Shown here one piece after another: positions 29,347 through 38,673 of a DNA stretch of 64,000 nt. Under the pieces are notes generated by a model. The model worked only from the letters and a program-made list of their open reading frames with translations, was not told where the DNA came from and searched no databases. Source of the stretch: an uncultured Gemmatimonadales bacterium (lineage in GTDB: Bacteria; Gemmatimonadota; Gemmatimonadetes; Gemmatimonadales; GWC2-71-9); the NCBI GenBank assembly GCA_963771275.1, contig CAVYSW010000003.1, forward strand, positions 960,001-1,024,000, written 5' to 3'. Within the stretch, counting starts at the first letter, position 1; each line of letters opens with the position of its first letter. A program made the position numbers and the translations under genes.

Positions 29347-29583
29347 TTACTCCCGCGCGCGGTCCTCCTCGGTCGGCTCGAGATCCTCCTCGAAGACGCC
29401 GTGCGTGTAGGCGATCGCGCGCAGCGTCGGCTCGTCGAGCATGCGGAAGAACTCCGCCACTCCGGCCAGGCCGTCTGCGCCCCTGCTGGACGAGAACGTG
29501 CGGTCCAGCACCGCCACGATCCCCTGCACCATCTCTTCCTTGCCGGCGAACTCGGCCTCGGTCGGCTTCGGCACTCTCGTCAT
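29347..29583 (-). CDS. Small acidic hypothetical protein
   Basis: 78 aa, GGAGGG RBS, co-oriented between rtcB and the CBS gene. Confidence 0.6.
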   Translation of the reverse strand: MTRVPKPTEAEFAGKEEMVQGIVAVLDRTFSSSRGADGLAGVAEFFRMLDEPTLRAIAYTHGVFEEDLEPTEEDRARE

Positions 29584-29638
29584 GCGTCCCTCCGGCTAGG
29601 CTCTCTGAGGCAATATTCCTGCGTGGAACGCCGCGCCG

Positions 29639-31075
29639 CTACCCCTTGAGCACCCCCACCGGCACCAGCCGCGCCACCCTGCGGGCCAGCCGGGCGCGGT
29701 GCACGACCTCCACCACCCGGTCCACGTCCTTGTAGGCGTGCGGCGCCTCCTCGGCCAGCTCCTGGTTGCCGGCACCGCAGACCACGATGCCCCGCCCCTC
29801 CAGCGCCCGGCGCACCTCCTGTCCCGACTGGGCGAGCTTGGCGGCGCGCCGACTCATCGCGCGCCCGGCACCGTGGCAACAGCTCCCGAATGAGCGCGTC
29901 AACGCGTCGTCCGTGCCGGCGAGGACGTACGACGCGGTGCCCATGCTCCCGGGAATGAGGACGGGCTGGCCCACGGCGCGGTACCGCGCCGGCGTTTCCG
30001 GGTGCGCCGGGCCGAATGCCCGCGTCGCGCCTTTGCGGTGCACCACGAGGCGCTGCGTCCCGTGTTGCTCGAGCTTCGCCATGTTGTGGGTCACGTCGTA
30101 CACCATCCGCAGCTGCACCCCCTCACCCAGCACCGCCCCGAATGTCTCGCGCACCCGGTGCGCGATCGCCTGTCGGTTGGCGAACGCGAAATTCGCGGCG
30201 GCGGACATCGCCGCGAAGTAGCGTTGCCCTTCCGGTGAGCCGAATGGCGCGCAGGCAAGCTCGCGATCCGGCAACGTGATGTCGTGGGCCCGCATCACGC
30301 CGTCCATCAGCCGGACGTAGTCGGTGCACACCTGATGCCCGAGCCCGCGCGAGCCCGAGTGAATCAGCACGGTGCACTCGCCCACCCTGAGGCCCATCGC
30401 AGCGGCCGCGGCGTCGTCGTACAGCTCGGTGACCTCCTGGACCTCGACGAAGTGGTTGCCCGAGCCGAGCGTGCCAAGCTGGTCGTGACCCCGCTGCTTG
30501 GCGCGTGGCGATACCGCGTCGGGATCGGCGTCGGGCATCCGACCCGAGGCTTCGGTGAGATCCAGGTCCTCAGGGGTCGCGAGCCCGCGCCGCACGAGCG
30601 CGCCGCTGCCGTTGGCGAGCACGTCGTCGAGCTCGTCCGGTGTGCACGCCACCCGCCCGCCACGTCCCGCACCCGCCGGCACGGCGCGGCTCAGCTCGTG
30701 CATCAGATCGGAAAGCCGCGGGCGCACGTCCGCGGACGCGAGCCCGGTCGTCAGCAGCCGCACCCCGCAGTTGATGTCGTAGCCCACGCCGCCTGGTGAG
30801 ATCACGCCGTCCGCCGCGCGAAACGCCGCGACACCACCCACGGGAAAGCCATACCCCTCGTGCGCATCGGGCATCGCGAGCACGGCCTCGACCACGCCGG
30901 GCAGCGTGGCCACGTTGAGCAGCTGCTGCAGCGTCCGGTCGCGCCGGATCTGGTCCCACAGTGCGTCATCCGCATACACGCGTGCGGCCACCCGCATGTC
31001 GCTCCGGGCGCTCGCCGGCACTTCCACCAGCGTGTGGTCGAGTCGCGTGAACGGGTAGCTCGGCCCGGCGCTCAT
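29639..31075 (-). CDS. rtcB: RtcB RNA ligase
   Basis: MPDAHEGYGFPVGGV, GVGYDINCGVR, GTLGSGNHFVE, HSGSRGLG, HN, HRKGATRAF, PGSMG, HGAGR, EEAPHAYKDV. Confidence 0.96.
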   Translation of the reverse strand: MSAGPSYPFTRLDHTLVEVPASARSDMRVAARVYADDALWDQIRRDRTLQQLLNVATLPGVVEAVLAMPDAHEGYGFPVGGVAAFRAADGVISPGGVGYDINCGVRLLTTGLASADVRPRLSDLMHELSRAVPAGAGRGGRVACTPDELDDVLANGSGALVRRGLATPEDLDLTEASGRMPDADPDAVSPRAKQRGHDQLGTLGSGNHFVEVQEVTELYDDAAAAAMGLRVGECTVLIHSGSRGLGHQVCTDYVRLMDGVMRAHDITLPDRELACAPFGSPEGQRYFAAMSAAANFAFANRQAIAHRVRETFGAVLGEGVQLRMVYDVTHNMAKLEQHGTQRLVVHRKGATRAFGPAHPETPARYRAVGQPVLIPGSMGTASYVLAGTDDALTRSFGSCCHGAGRAMSRRAAKLAQSGQEVRRALEGRGIVVCGAGNQELAEEAPHAYKDVDRVVEVVHRARLARRVARLVPVGVLKG

Positions 31076-31500
31076 ACGTCGAGAATCACCTCCGCTTCCA
31101 CCATGCCGCGCACGGAGCGCACCGCGAGGCCGTGGAACGTCGCCCCCTTGATGCGACTGGGGTGCCCGGCGAGTCGTACGCCGGGGACGTGGATCGTCGC
31201 GTGCGTGGCGTCCGCCTCGACCACCGCGCCGTCACGGGCCGGCGCCCACCCGGCGGTCTCCGCCAGGAACAGGATCTCGTTCAGCAGATCCACCAGCAGC
31301 GCCTCGCGATCGGATGCCGCCAGCTCGAGCACGCGCGCGTCGGCCGCTCCGGCGCTCCCGGCCTCGTCCACCAGCAGCGCGCCAAGGGCCGTCACGGCCT
31401 CGCCCAGCAACGCCGCGAACGACGGCGCGCGGAGCCTGAGCCCCAGCTCGGCGGTGTGATCCACGAACTCGTGCGATGCCCGGGCGCGCTTCGTCATCAC
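31072..31500 (-). CDS. Archease (RtcB activator)
   Basis: FVDHTAELGL, LLVDLLNEIL, IKGATFHGL, VILDV C-terminus; 4-nt overlap with rtcB. Confidence 0.9.
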   Translation of the reverse strand: MMTKRARASHEFVDHTAELGLRLRAPSFAALLGEAVTALGALLVDEAGSAGAADARVLELAASDREALLVDLLNEILFLAETAGWAPARDGAVVEADATHATIHVPGVRLAGHPSRIKGATFHGLAVRSVRGMVEAEVILDV

Positions 31501-31758
31501 GGCACCCGCCGGGCTCGAGCCCGTCTCACCGGGCAGGCCACGCCGAGTAGCTGCCTTGGCACCATCCTACGTTCCCCGAACTGGGCAACCCACCGAATCC
31601 GGAATGAACCTGTCGGAACCAGCATTGTGCCCGCCGTCCCCGCACTTCATACTCTCGTTGGGCGGGGACCGGAAGGGGCATCGCCCCGCCAGACTGGATC
31701 GACCTGACGCCACGAGCCCGGCGCGGGCCCGATTCAGGGGCCGGCAAGGGAGCACATC

Positions 31759-32217
31759 ATGGATGAACGGCATTTCGCCGTCACGCTGTCCCGACGGCAC
31801 GACTATGAGTTTACGGTCGCCTTCGACGAGGGTGGCCCCACCGACCTGACGATCGACGAGCCGCCGCCGCTTGGGCTCGCGCACGGGCCCAGCGCCTCCC
31901 GGGTGCTCGGCGCCGCCGTGGGACATTGCCTCGGGTCGAGCCTGCTGTTCTGTCTCGGCAAGGCGCGGGTCGCCGTGGCCGATCTCGGCGTGCGGGTGGC
32001 CGGCACGATCGCGCGCAACGACGCCGGCCGGTTTCGCATCACGGACCTCAAGGTGATCCTCTCGCCCGCCGTCGCGCACGCGGACCGCGAGCGGATCCAC
32101 CGCTGCGTGACGCTGTTCGAGGATTTCTGCATCGTCACCGCCTCGGTGCGCCAGGGAATCCCGGTCCACGTGGAGGTGGCGCCGACCGAGGCCCAACGGG
32201 ACGCGGGGGCTGCGTGA
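31759..32217 (+). CDS. OsmC-family protein
   Basis: DEPPPLG...GPSASRVLGAAVGHCL...FEDFCIVTASVRQG (two conserved Cys). Confidence 0.88.
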   Translation: MDERHFAVTLSRRHDYEFTVAFDEGGPTDLTIDEPPPLGLAHGPSASRVLGAAVGHCLGSSLLFCLGKARVAVADLGVRVAGTIARNDAGRFRITDLKVILSPAVAHADRERIHRCVTLFEDFCIVTASVRQGIPVHVEVAPTEAQRDAGAA

Positions 32218-33146
32218 CGGAGCGCTCGGGGCGCCCCGTAGTCGTCGGCGTCGATGCCTCGCCCGCCGCGCGTGACGCGGCGCGCATGGGATGGGCGTTG
32301 GCGCAGGCGACCGGTGCCACGTGCCGGCTGGTGCACGCGACCCCGGAAGCCTGGACGGTGCCCACGGTCCCGCACAGCTTCGCGGCGCAGCCGGACGCCG
32401 TGAACGAGGCCAGCCGGCAGGCGGCGCGTGCCCTCGTGCTCGAAGTGCTCGCCGGCAACGTCCCGGACCACCTGGTGGCCGAGCTGGAGGTGCGCACCGG
32501 CCGCGCAGCGGCGGCACTGCGGGACGCGGCCGCCGAGCTCGCCGCCGAAGTTGTCGTCCTGGGCGGCAAGCACCACTCCGTGCTCGGCCGGTGGGTGGTC
32601 GGCAGCACCGCGCATACGCTCGTCCGCAGCCTCGACCTGCCGCTCCTGGTCACGGCGCATACGCCGCTTCCCGTCTTGCAGGTCGTGGCGGCGATCGATC
32701 TCTCCGACGCGGCGGCGCCCACGATCCGCGCCGCCGAGCGCTATGCGGGGCTGTTCGGTGCCGCGCTGCACGTGCTGCACGTGGTGGAGCCGCTCCCGCT
32801 GGTGCCCGACGCTCCGCTGCACTTCAACGACGAGGAGGTGTACCGGCGCTCGATCGAGCACCTGGAGCAGTACGTCTGGCCGCTCGTGACCTATCCCGGA
32901 GCGACCACGGGGGTAACCCGCGGCCCGGCCCGGGACGGTATCGCGGCCGAGGTGGCCGCGCGGGAGGCCCAGCTCGTCGTGCTCGGCTCGCACGGCAAGG
33001 GCTGGGCGGACCGCATTCTGATTGGCAGCGTGACGGAGCGCGTGCTCGACATGCCCCCCTGCTCGATGCTGATCGTCCCCGTCCCCGGTCCGGTAGGCCA
33101 CCGGAAGGCGCGGGACAAGCGAGCGGACCATGGACCGGTTCTTTAG
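32214..33146 (+). CDS. Tandem universal stress protein (two USP domains)
   Basis: GTG start overlaps the OsmC stop; VVVGVDAS...VVLGGKH...VVGSTA and VVAAIDLS...VVLGSHGKG...IGSVTERV. Confidence 0.9.
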   Translation: MTERSGRPVVVGVDASPAARDAARMGWALAQATGATCRLVHATPEAWTVPTVPHSFAAQPDAVNEASRQAARALVLEVLAGNVPDHLVAELEVRTGRAAAALRDAAAELAAEVVVLGGKHHSVLGRWVVGSTAHTLVRSLDLPLLVTAHTPLPVLQVVAAIDLSDAAAPTIRAAERYAGLFGAALHVLHVVEPLPLVPDAPLHFNDEEVYRRSIEHLEQYVWPLVTYPGATTGVTRGPARDGIAAEVAAREAQLVVLGSHGKGWADRILIGSVTERVLDMPPCSMLIVPVPGPVGHRKARDKRADHGPVL

Positions 33147-33220
33147 TCAGGGGTGGTCTTTAGGTTCTTCATTAACCAGCCCCTAGCTTCGAACCGTACC
33201 CGCAAGTAGTTTCATGGCAT

Positions 33221-34456
33221 ATGGTTGCGCGCCGGTCTCCAGCGGCAGACGCCGACCGACTCAAGCGGTTGGTTCAGGCGGGAATTCGCGTGACCGCCGA
33301 GCGCTCGCTCGATGCGGTGCTCCAGACCGTGGCGGACAGCGCGCGGGAGTTGACCGACGCGCGCTACGCGGCGTTGGGCGTGCTCGACCTCACTGGCACC
33401 GAGCTGAGCCGCTTCGTCACCAGTGGCATGCCCGCGGAGCAAGCGCGGCTGATCGGTGCGCCGCCCACCGGCAAGGGCGTGCTCGGCCTGCTCATCGGCC
33501 GACCCCGGCCGCTGCGGATCGAAGACCTCACCACGCATCCCCAGGCCCACGGCTTTCCGCCCGGGCACCCGCCGATGACGTCCTTCCTCGGCGTGCCGAT
33601 CATGGGCCGCAAGGGCCCGATCGGGAACCTCTACCTCACGGACAAGGCCTCGGCCAAGGGCTTCACCGCGGAGGACGAGACGATCGTGACGCTGCTCGCC
33701 GCGCAGGCGGCGGTCGCCCTCGAGAACGCGTCGTTGTACGAGGACAGCCAGCGGCTGATTCACGAAGTGAAGGCGATGCAGGCGGCGCGCGACCGGTTCT
33801 TCGCGATGATCAATCACGAGCTGCGGAACGCGCTCACTGCCGTGTACGGCTGGGCGGACCTGCTGCTCCGCAAGCTCGGGCCCGATGCGCCGCGCTCGGC
33901 CCGGGAGGTGTACGAGTCGGCCGAGCGGACGCTCGCCCTGCTGAACGACCTGCTCGACCTGAGCCGGCTCGAGGCGGAGCGGCTGCGTCCCGTGGTGCGC
34001 AGCACCGACGCCGGCACGCTGATGGAGGATGCGATCGCCGCGCTCGAGCCGTCGGCCGAGAAGCGCGCGATCCGCATCGAGACCGTCGGGGTGACCGACA
34101 TCGTCGCCTGCCAGACCGACCCCCAGCGGGTACGGCAGATCCTGATCAACCTGCTCAGCAACGCCGTGCGTCATAGCCCCGCCGCGGGGGTGGTCACCGT
34201 GGCGCTGCGAGCCGATGACCGGCGCCTGCGGTTCGATGTGATCGACCGGGGCCCGGGGATCCCGGCTGCCGAGCAGGCCCTGATCTTCGAAGCGTTCGCC
34301 CGCGCGGGGACGTCGGACGAGCGTGGGACCGGCCTGGGACTCACCCTCTCGCGTCAGCTCGCGCTCCTCCTGGGCGGCGATCTCCGTGTCATCAGCGAAG
34401 TTGGGACCGGCGCGACGTTCACGCTCGACATCCCTCGCTGGTACGGAACGAGTTAA
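33221..34456 (+). CDS. Soluble GAF sensor histidine kinase with a DosS/DosT-like GAF domain
   Basis: ARYAALGV...GKGVLGLLI...HPQAHGFPPGHPPMTSFLGVPI...GNLYLTDK; HisKA HELRNALT; NLLSNA, DRGPGI, GTGLGL. Confidence 0.88.
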   Translation: MVARRSPAADADRLKRLVQAGIRVTAERSLDAVLQTVADSARELTDARYAALGVLDLTGTELSRFVTSGMPAEQARLIGAPPTGKGVLGLLIGRPRPLRIEDLTTHPQAHGFPPGHPPMTSFLGVPIMGRKGPIGNLYLTDKASAKGFTAEDETIVTLLAAQAAVALENASLYEDSQRLIHEVKAMQAARDRFFAMINHELRNALTAVYGWADLLLRKLGPDAPRSAREVYESAERTLALLNDLLDLSRLEAERLRPVVRSTDAGTLMEDAIAALEPSAEKRAIRIETVGVTDIVACQTDPQRVRQILINLLSNAVRHSPAAGVVTVALRADDRRLRFDVIDRGPGIPAAEQALIFEAFARAGTSDERGTGLGLTLSRQLALLLGGDLRVISEVGTGATFTLDIPRWYGTS

Positions 34457-34490
34457 AGATCGTTTCACGGAACGTTTAAAGTCGGATCAC
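34453..34490 (+). promoter_or_regulatory. Four 11-bp-phased half-sites upstream of the response regulator
   Basis: TTAAA (34453), TTCAC (34464), TTTAA (34475), ATCAC (34486), followed by a TACCTT -10-like box. Confidence 0.55.
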
Positions 34491-34515
34491 CGAAGCCATC
34501 TACCTTAAGGAAACG

Positions 34516-35208
34516 ATGCGGATTCTCGTCGTGGAGGACGATCGTAAGGTCGCCGGCTTCATTGAAATGGGGCTGCGGGAGGAAGGCTACGCCGTCGATC
34601 TGGCGCGCGACGGCGACGAGGCCATCGTCCTGGCCCACGTGAACGACTACGACGCGATCCTGCTCGACTTGATGCTCCCCAAGAAGAACGGCCTCCAAGT
34701 CGCGGCCGAGCTGCGTCGCGAGGGTCGCACGACCCCGATCCTCATGCTCACCGCGCGTGATGCCACGGAAGACGTGGTGCGCGGGCTGGACGCGGGCGCC
34801 GACGACTATCTCGCGAAGCCGTTCAAGTTCGACGAGCTGCTGGCCCGTCTGCGGGCGCTGGTGCGCCGCGGCGGGGCGACGCGGGTCGAGCGTCTGACCG
34901 CCGGCCCGCTCGAGCTCGACCGCCTGAAACACCAGGCGTACGCCGGGGGCAAGGCGCTCGACCTCACGCCCCGGGAGTTCCAGCTGCTCGAGCATTTCAT
35001 GATGCACAAGGACGACGTCGTCCGCCGCACCGAGTTGCTCGAGAAGGTCTGGGACATGCACTTCGACCCCGAGAGCAACGTGGTGGACGTGCATGTGGGC
35101 AACTTGCGGCGCAAGCTCCGCGAAGCCGGGTTCGAGGACCTCATCAAGACCGTGCGCGGTGTGGGGTTCCGACTGAACGGCTCCGGTACGACGAGTCCCG
35201 CCTCCTGA
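34516..35208 (+). CDS. OmpR/PhoB-family response regulator (CusR/CzcR-like)
   Basis: MRILVVEDD, LLDLMLP, LTARD, GADDYLAKPF, LTPREFQLL, SNVVDVHVGNLRRK, TVRGVGF. Confidence 0.95.
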   Translation: MRILVVEDDRKVAGFIEMGLREEGYAVDLARDGDEAIVLAHVNDYDAILLDLMLPKKNGLQVAAELRREGRTTPILMLTARDATEDVVRGLDAGADDYLAKPFKFDELLARLRALVRRGGATRVERLTAGPLELDRLKHQAYAGGKALDLTPREFQLLEHFMMHKDDVVRRTELLEKVWDMHFDPESNVVDVHVGNLRRKLREAGFEDLIKTVRGVGFRLNGSGTTSPAS

Positions 35209-35215
35209 GCAGCTG

Positions 35216-36616
35216 ATGCAGTCCCTGCGCCGCACGCTCTCCGTGCGGTTTTCGCTCACCATGTTCGCCGCACTCCTGGTGATCGCCCTGTGGGCGTACC
35301 TGGGAGCGCGGCGCGTGCTGCGGGAGGAGCTCGACCGCGGCCTGGCGGCGTCCGCCCACCTCGAGTCCGCGGTGCTCGCCGCCGGCTACCGCATCCCGCC
35401 GCTCTCGAGCCAGCGCGACTCCGAGGAGTTCGTGGAGGCGGTGAACCGCTACGTCGTGGTGCGCGACGCCGCGGGACGGGTGCTCGCCACCAACACGCCG
35501 CTCGCCGCCGGCCTGCCGTACGACCCGGCGAAGCTCGCCATCGCCGTGCAGGGAGGCACGGCCTGGGAGACGGCGACCTGGGGACCGGGCAGCGTGCGCT
35601 CCGTGTATCTCGGGGTCGCGCACGAGCGGGCGGGCGATGCCCGGGTAGTTCAGGTGAGCGCGTCGCTCGCGCCGATCGACACCGAGCGCCGCCAGATGCT
35701 GCTGCTCATGCTGGGCACGGTCGTGCTCGGCACCGTCGCGGCGATGCTGGGCGGGGGGTGGCTGGCGCGCTCGGCGGTGGCTCCCGTGGCCGAGATCGCC
35801 GCCCAGACGAACGCCGTCGCGGCGGGGGCGGTGGGGCAGCGCATCACGGCGCATGCGGAAGTGGAGGAGTTCAACGGGCTCGTCGCCGTGCTGAACCGCA
35901 TGCTCGAGCGGCTCGACCGTGGCCTGCTGGCCCAGCGACGGATCATCGCGGACGTGGGCCACGACCTCCGCACTCCGCTCACGGCCATGCGCGGCGAGGC
36001 CGAGGTGGCGCTGCGCAACCCGCGCTCGCCGGAGCAGTATCAGCGGATCCTCGCCAGCCTGCTCGAGGAGATCGACCACCTCGGCACGATCAGCGACACG
36101 CTGCTGCTGCTCGCGCGCATCGAGGCGGGCGACCTCGCGCTGCACTGCCTGGACACCGACGTGGGCGACCTCGTGACGCGCGCCGTCCAGCGGGTACGCC
36201 AGCGGGCGACCGATCATCCCTTCACCTACGCACCCACCACCGACGGCCTCGGGTCGGCGGCGCTCGACGGGCGGATGGTCTCGCTCGTGCTCGACCACCT
36301 GCTGGACAACGCGGTGCGGCACACGCCGCCCGGCACCCCGGTCACCGTGTCCGTGCAGGCCGACGCCGATGCGGCCAGTGTCACCGTGGAGGACGCGGGA
36401 CCGGGCGTTTCGGATGACATCCTGCCGCACCTCTTCGAGCGGTTCTACCGGGGCGACGCCGCGCGCGGGCGGGGCGCCGGGGCGGGCCTCGGTCTCACCG
36501 TGGCCGCCGCGATCGTGCACGCGCACAGCGGCACGATCTCCGCCAGCCGGGCCGAGAGCGGCGGGCTCCGGGTGACCGTCCGCCTGCCGCGCTGCGACGG
36601 GCCGGGGACGGCCTGA
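35216..36616 (+). CDS. Membrane sensor histidine kinase with HAMP domain
   Basis: Two TM helices, HDLRTPLT, LLDNAVRHT, DAGPG, FERFYRGD, GAGLGL. Confidence 0.92.
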   Translation: MQSLRRTLSVRFSLTMFAALLVIALWAYLGARRVLREELDRGLAASAHLESAVLAAGYRIPPLSSQRDSEEFVEAVNRYVVVRDAAGRVLATNTPLAAGLPYDPAKLAIAVQGGTAWETATWGPGSVRSVYLGVAHERAGDARVVQVSASLAPIDTERRQMLLLMLGTVVLGTVAAMLGGGWLARSAVAPVAEIAAQTNAVAAGAVGQRITAHAEVEEFNGLVAVLNRMLERLDRGLLAQRRIIADVGHDLRTPLTAMRGEAEVALRNPRSPEQYQRILASLLEEIDHLGTISDTLLLLARIEAGDLALHCLDTDVGDLVTRAVQRVRQRATDHPFTYAPTTDGLGSAALDGRMVSLVLDHLLDNAVRHTPPGTPVTVSVQADADAASVTVEDAGPGVSDDILPHLFERFYRGDAARGRGAGAGLGLTVAAAIVHAHSGTISASRAESGGLRVTVRLPRCDGPGTA

Positions 36617-36623
36617 GCCCAGT

Positions 36624-36661
36624 CTTACCACTTTTTCACGGGCCCTTACTGAGGATTTCAC
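36624..36661 (+). promoter_or_regulatory. Helically phased direct repeats upstream of the DUF2892/cytochrome-porin operon
   Basis: CTTAC (36624), TTCAC (36635), CTTAC (36645), TTCAC (36657). Confidence 0.5.
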
Positions 36662-36707
36662 CCGGCCCGCATGAACTTGCGGGTCGACGCAGGCATTCGG
36701 AGTCCGC

Positions 36708-36935
36708 ATGGCCAGGAACGTGAGCTCGCTTGACGCGTGCATCCGCGGCATCGTCGCCGTGGGTCTCGTCGTGTTCGGCGTGGCCTCTCACGGGACCGAG
36801 ATCCTCTCGTTCGGCGCCGTGCTCGTGGGCATCGTCCTGATGGCCACGGCGCTCACGCGCGAGTGCCCGTTCTATCGCGCCTTCCGCCTCCACACCCAGC
36901 GCCCGGGCACGGCCCCGGGATCCCGCCGGGACTGA
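36708..36935 (+). CDS. DUF2892 (YgaP-like) small membrane protein
   Basis: NVSSLDACIR, two TM helices, TALTRECPFYRAF. Confidence 0.8.
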   Translation: MARNVSSLDACIRGIVAVGLVVFGVASHGTEILSFGAVLVGIVLMATALTRECPFYRAFRLHTQRPGTAPGSRRD

Positions 36936-36961
36936 GCCCGGCTTTCTCGCAAGGAGCCCTC

Positions 36962-38161
36962 ATGCGGACAGTGCTCATCACTGCCCTGGCCGCGGCCTCG
37001 CTCGCCGCCGCCGCGACCCCGGCACAGGCGATCCCCGCGTTCGCGCGCAAGTACGCCGTGAGCTGCAACCTGTGCCACAACCCGATCCCGCGACTGACCG
37101 CGTTCGGGCAGAGCTTCGCCGCGAACGGGTACCGCATGGCCTCGCAGGAGCCGGCGCGCGACACGGTCGATACCGGAGATCCGCTCCTCACCCTCCTGCG
37201 CAGCACGCCCATCGCCCTGCGCCTCGACGCGTACGCCCAGGCCTATACCGAGGGCAACGCGGTAACCGACTTCGCAACGCCGTACGGGTTGAAGCTGCTC
37301 TCGGGCGGCGCGATCTCGTCGCAGCTCTCCTACTACCTCTATTTCTTCCTGCTCGAGCGGGGCGAGATCGGCGGGATCGAGGACGCCTTCGTCTCCGTGA
37401 ACGACATCGGCAACATCCCGCTCGACCTCACGGTCGGCCAGTTCCAGGTATCGGACCCGATCTTCAAGCGCGAGCTGCGCCTCGAGATCGACGACTACGC
37501 GATGTACCGCGTCCACGTGGGCGCCGAGCCCACCGACCTGACGTACGACCGCGGACTACTGGGATCGGTGGACGTCGCGGGCTTCACGCTCAGCGCCGAA
37601 GTGATCAACGGCACGGGGAAACAGCCCGCGCAGGCGAACATGCGGTTCGACAACGACAACTTCAAGAACCTGTTCGGCCACCTGCGCCGCGCGATCACGC
37701 CCAGCGTCCAGCTCGGCGCCATGGGCTACTACGGCAAGACGCGCGGCACCACCGAAGGCTCTCGGGACACGATCGTCAACCGGGTGTGGATGGTGGGCGG
37801 CGACCTCACCGTCCGGGCGGGGCCCGTGGAGCTCAACGCGCAGGTGATTCACCGCGAGGACGACGCGCCGCTGTTCACCGCCGGGGACTCGACCGTGACC
37901 ACCAACGGCGGGTTCGCGGAGCTCGTCGTGACCCCGCCGCGGAGCCGCTGGTACGGCTACGCGCTGTACAACTACATTGACGCGAGCGCGCCGCTGCTCG
38001 ACGTCGGGCTCGGCGGCCCCGCCGCCCTCAAGCGCTACCAGACGGCGGCGAGCGGTCTGGGGTACCTGATGCGCCGCAACGTCCGGGTTTACGGCGAGGC
38101 AACCTACGACATCGAGCAGAAGAACGGGAGATTCAGCCTCGGGTTGACGGCCGGATTCTGA
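36962..38161 (+). CDS. cyc2: Cyc2-like fused cytochrome c-porin
   Basis: Signal peptide (AQA), then IPAFARKYAVSCNLCHNPIPRLTAFGQSFAANGY, matching the Cyc2 PxFAR...CxxCH..P.L..FG..F...GY pattern. The rest is amphipathic beta-strand and ends in Phe. Confidence 0.75.
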   Translation: MRTVLITALAAASLAAAATPAQAIPAFARKYAVSCNLCHNPIPRLTAFGQSFAANGYRMASQEPARDTVDTGDPLLTLLRSTPIALRLDAYAQAYTEGNAVTDFATPYGLKLLSGGAISSQLSYYLYFFLLERGEIGGIEDAFVSVNDIGNIPLDLTVGQFQVSDPIFKRELRLEIDDYAMYRVHVGAEPTDLTYDRGLLGSVDVAGFTLSAEVINGTGKQPAQANMRFDNDNFKNLFGHLRRAITPSVQLGAMGYYGKTRGTTEGSRDTIVNRVWMVGGDLTVRAGPVELNAQVIHREDDAPLFTAGDSTVTTNGGFAELVVTPPRSRWYGYALYNYIDASAPLLDVGLGGPAALKRYQTAASGLGYLMRRNVRVYGEATYDIEQKNGRFSLGLTAGF

Positions 38162-38192
38162 CCGGCAGCAGCCACCCTGCCGGCGTCTTTCC

Positions 38193-38223
38193 AACGGGAT
38201 GGCCTCCGCGAGGCCATCCCGTT
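38193..38223. terminator. 14-bp perfect hairpin between the cyc2-like gene and cytochrome c
   Basis: AACGGGATGGCCTC-CGC-GAGGCCATCCCGTT; weak U-tail. Confidence 0.55.
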
Positions 38224-38280
38224 ACATCTTCATGTTCCTGGCCGGGTGTGCCCGGCCGTTCAACCCACTCCGAGGTGATC

Positions 38281-38670
38281 ATGCGCTCGCTGGTATTCGT
38301 TCTCGTGGCCGCGCTCGCGGTACCCGTTGCCGCCGCGGCACAGGCAAAGGACTCGCTGCCGCCGGGTGTGACGTCCGCGATGCTCAAGGAAGGGAAGACG
38401 CTGTTCGCCGGCGCGGGCATCTGCGCGGCCTGCCACGGCACGGACGCCAAGGGCATGCCGGGGATGGGGGCGAATCTCACGGACAACAAGTGGCTGCACA
38501 GCGACGGCTCGTACGACGCGATCGTGAAGCAGATCATGACCGGCGTCTCCTCCAGCGAGTCCTCGTCGGGGGCCGCGATGCCGCCGAAGGGCGGCAGCGC
38601 GCTGACCGACGCGCAGGTGAAGGCGGTTGCCGCCTACGTGTGGAGCCTCAGCCACCCCGGGACGAAGTAA
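38281..38670 (+). CDS. Periplasmic monoheme cytochrome c (CcoP/cbb3-subunit III-like fold)
   Basis: Sec signal, CAACHG, GANLTDNKWLH, AMPPKGG (axial Met). Confidence 0.9.
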   Translation: MRSLVFVLVAALAVPVAAAAQAKDSLPPGVTSAMLKEGKTLFAGAGICAACHGTDAKGMPGMGANLTDNKWLHSDGSYDAIVKQIMTGVSSSESSSGAAMPPKGGSALTDAQVKAVAAYVWSLSHPGTK

Positions 38671-38673
38671 CGC

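Noticed and set aside
29639..31500. Classical rtcR/sigma54-controlled rtcBA or Ro60/Y-RNA repair operon
   Set aside because: No rtcA, rtcR, TROVE gene or recognisable Y RNA nearby.
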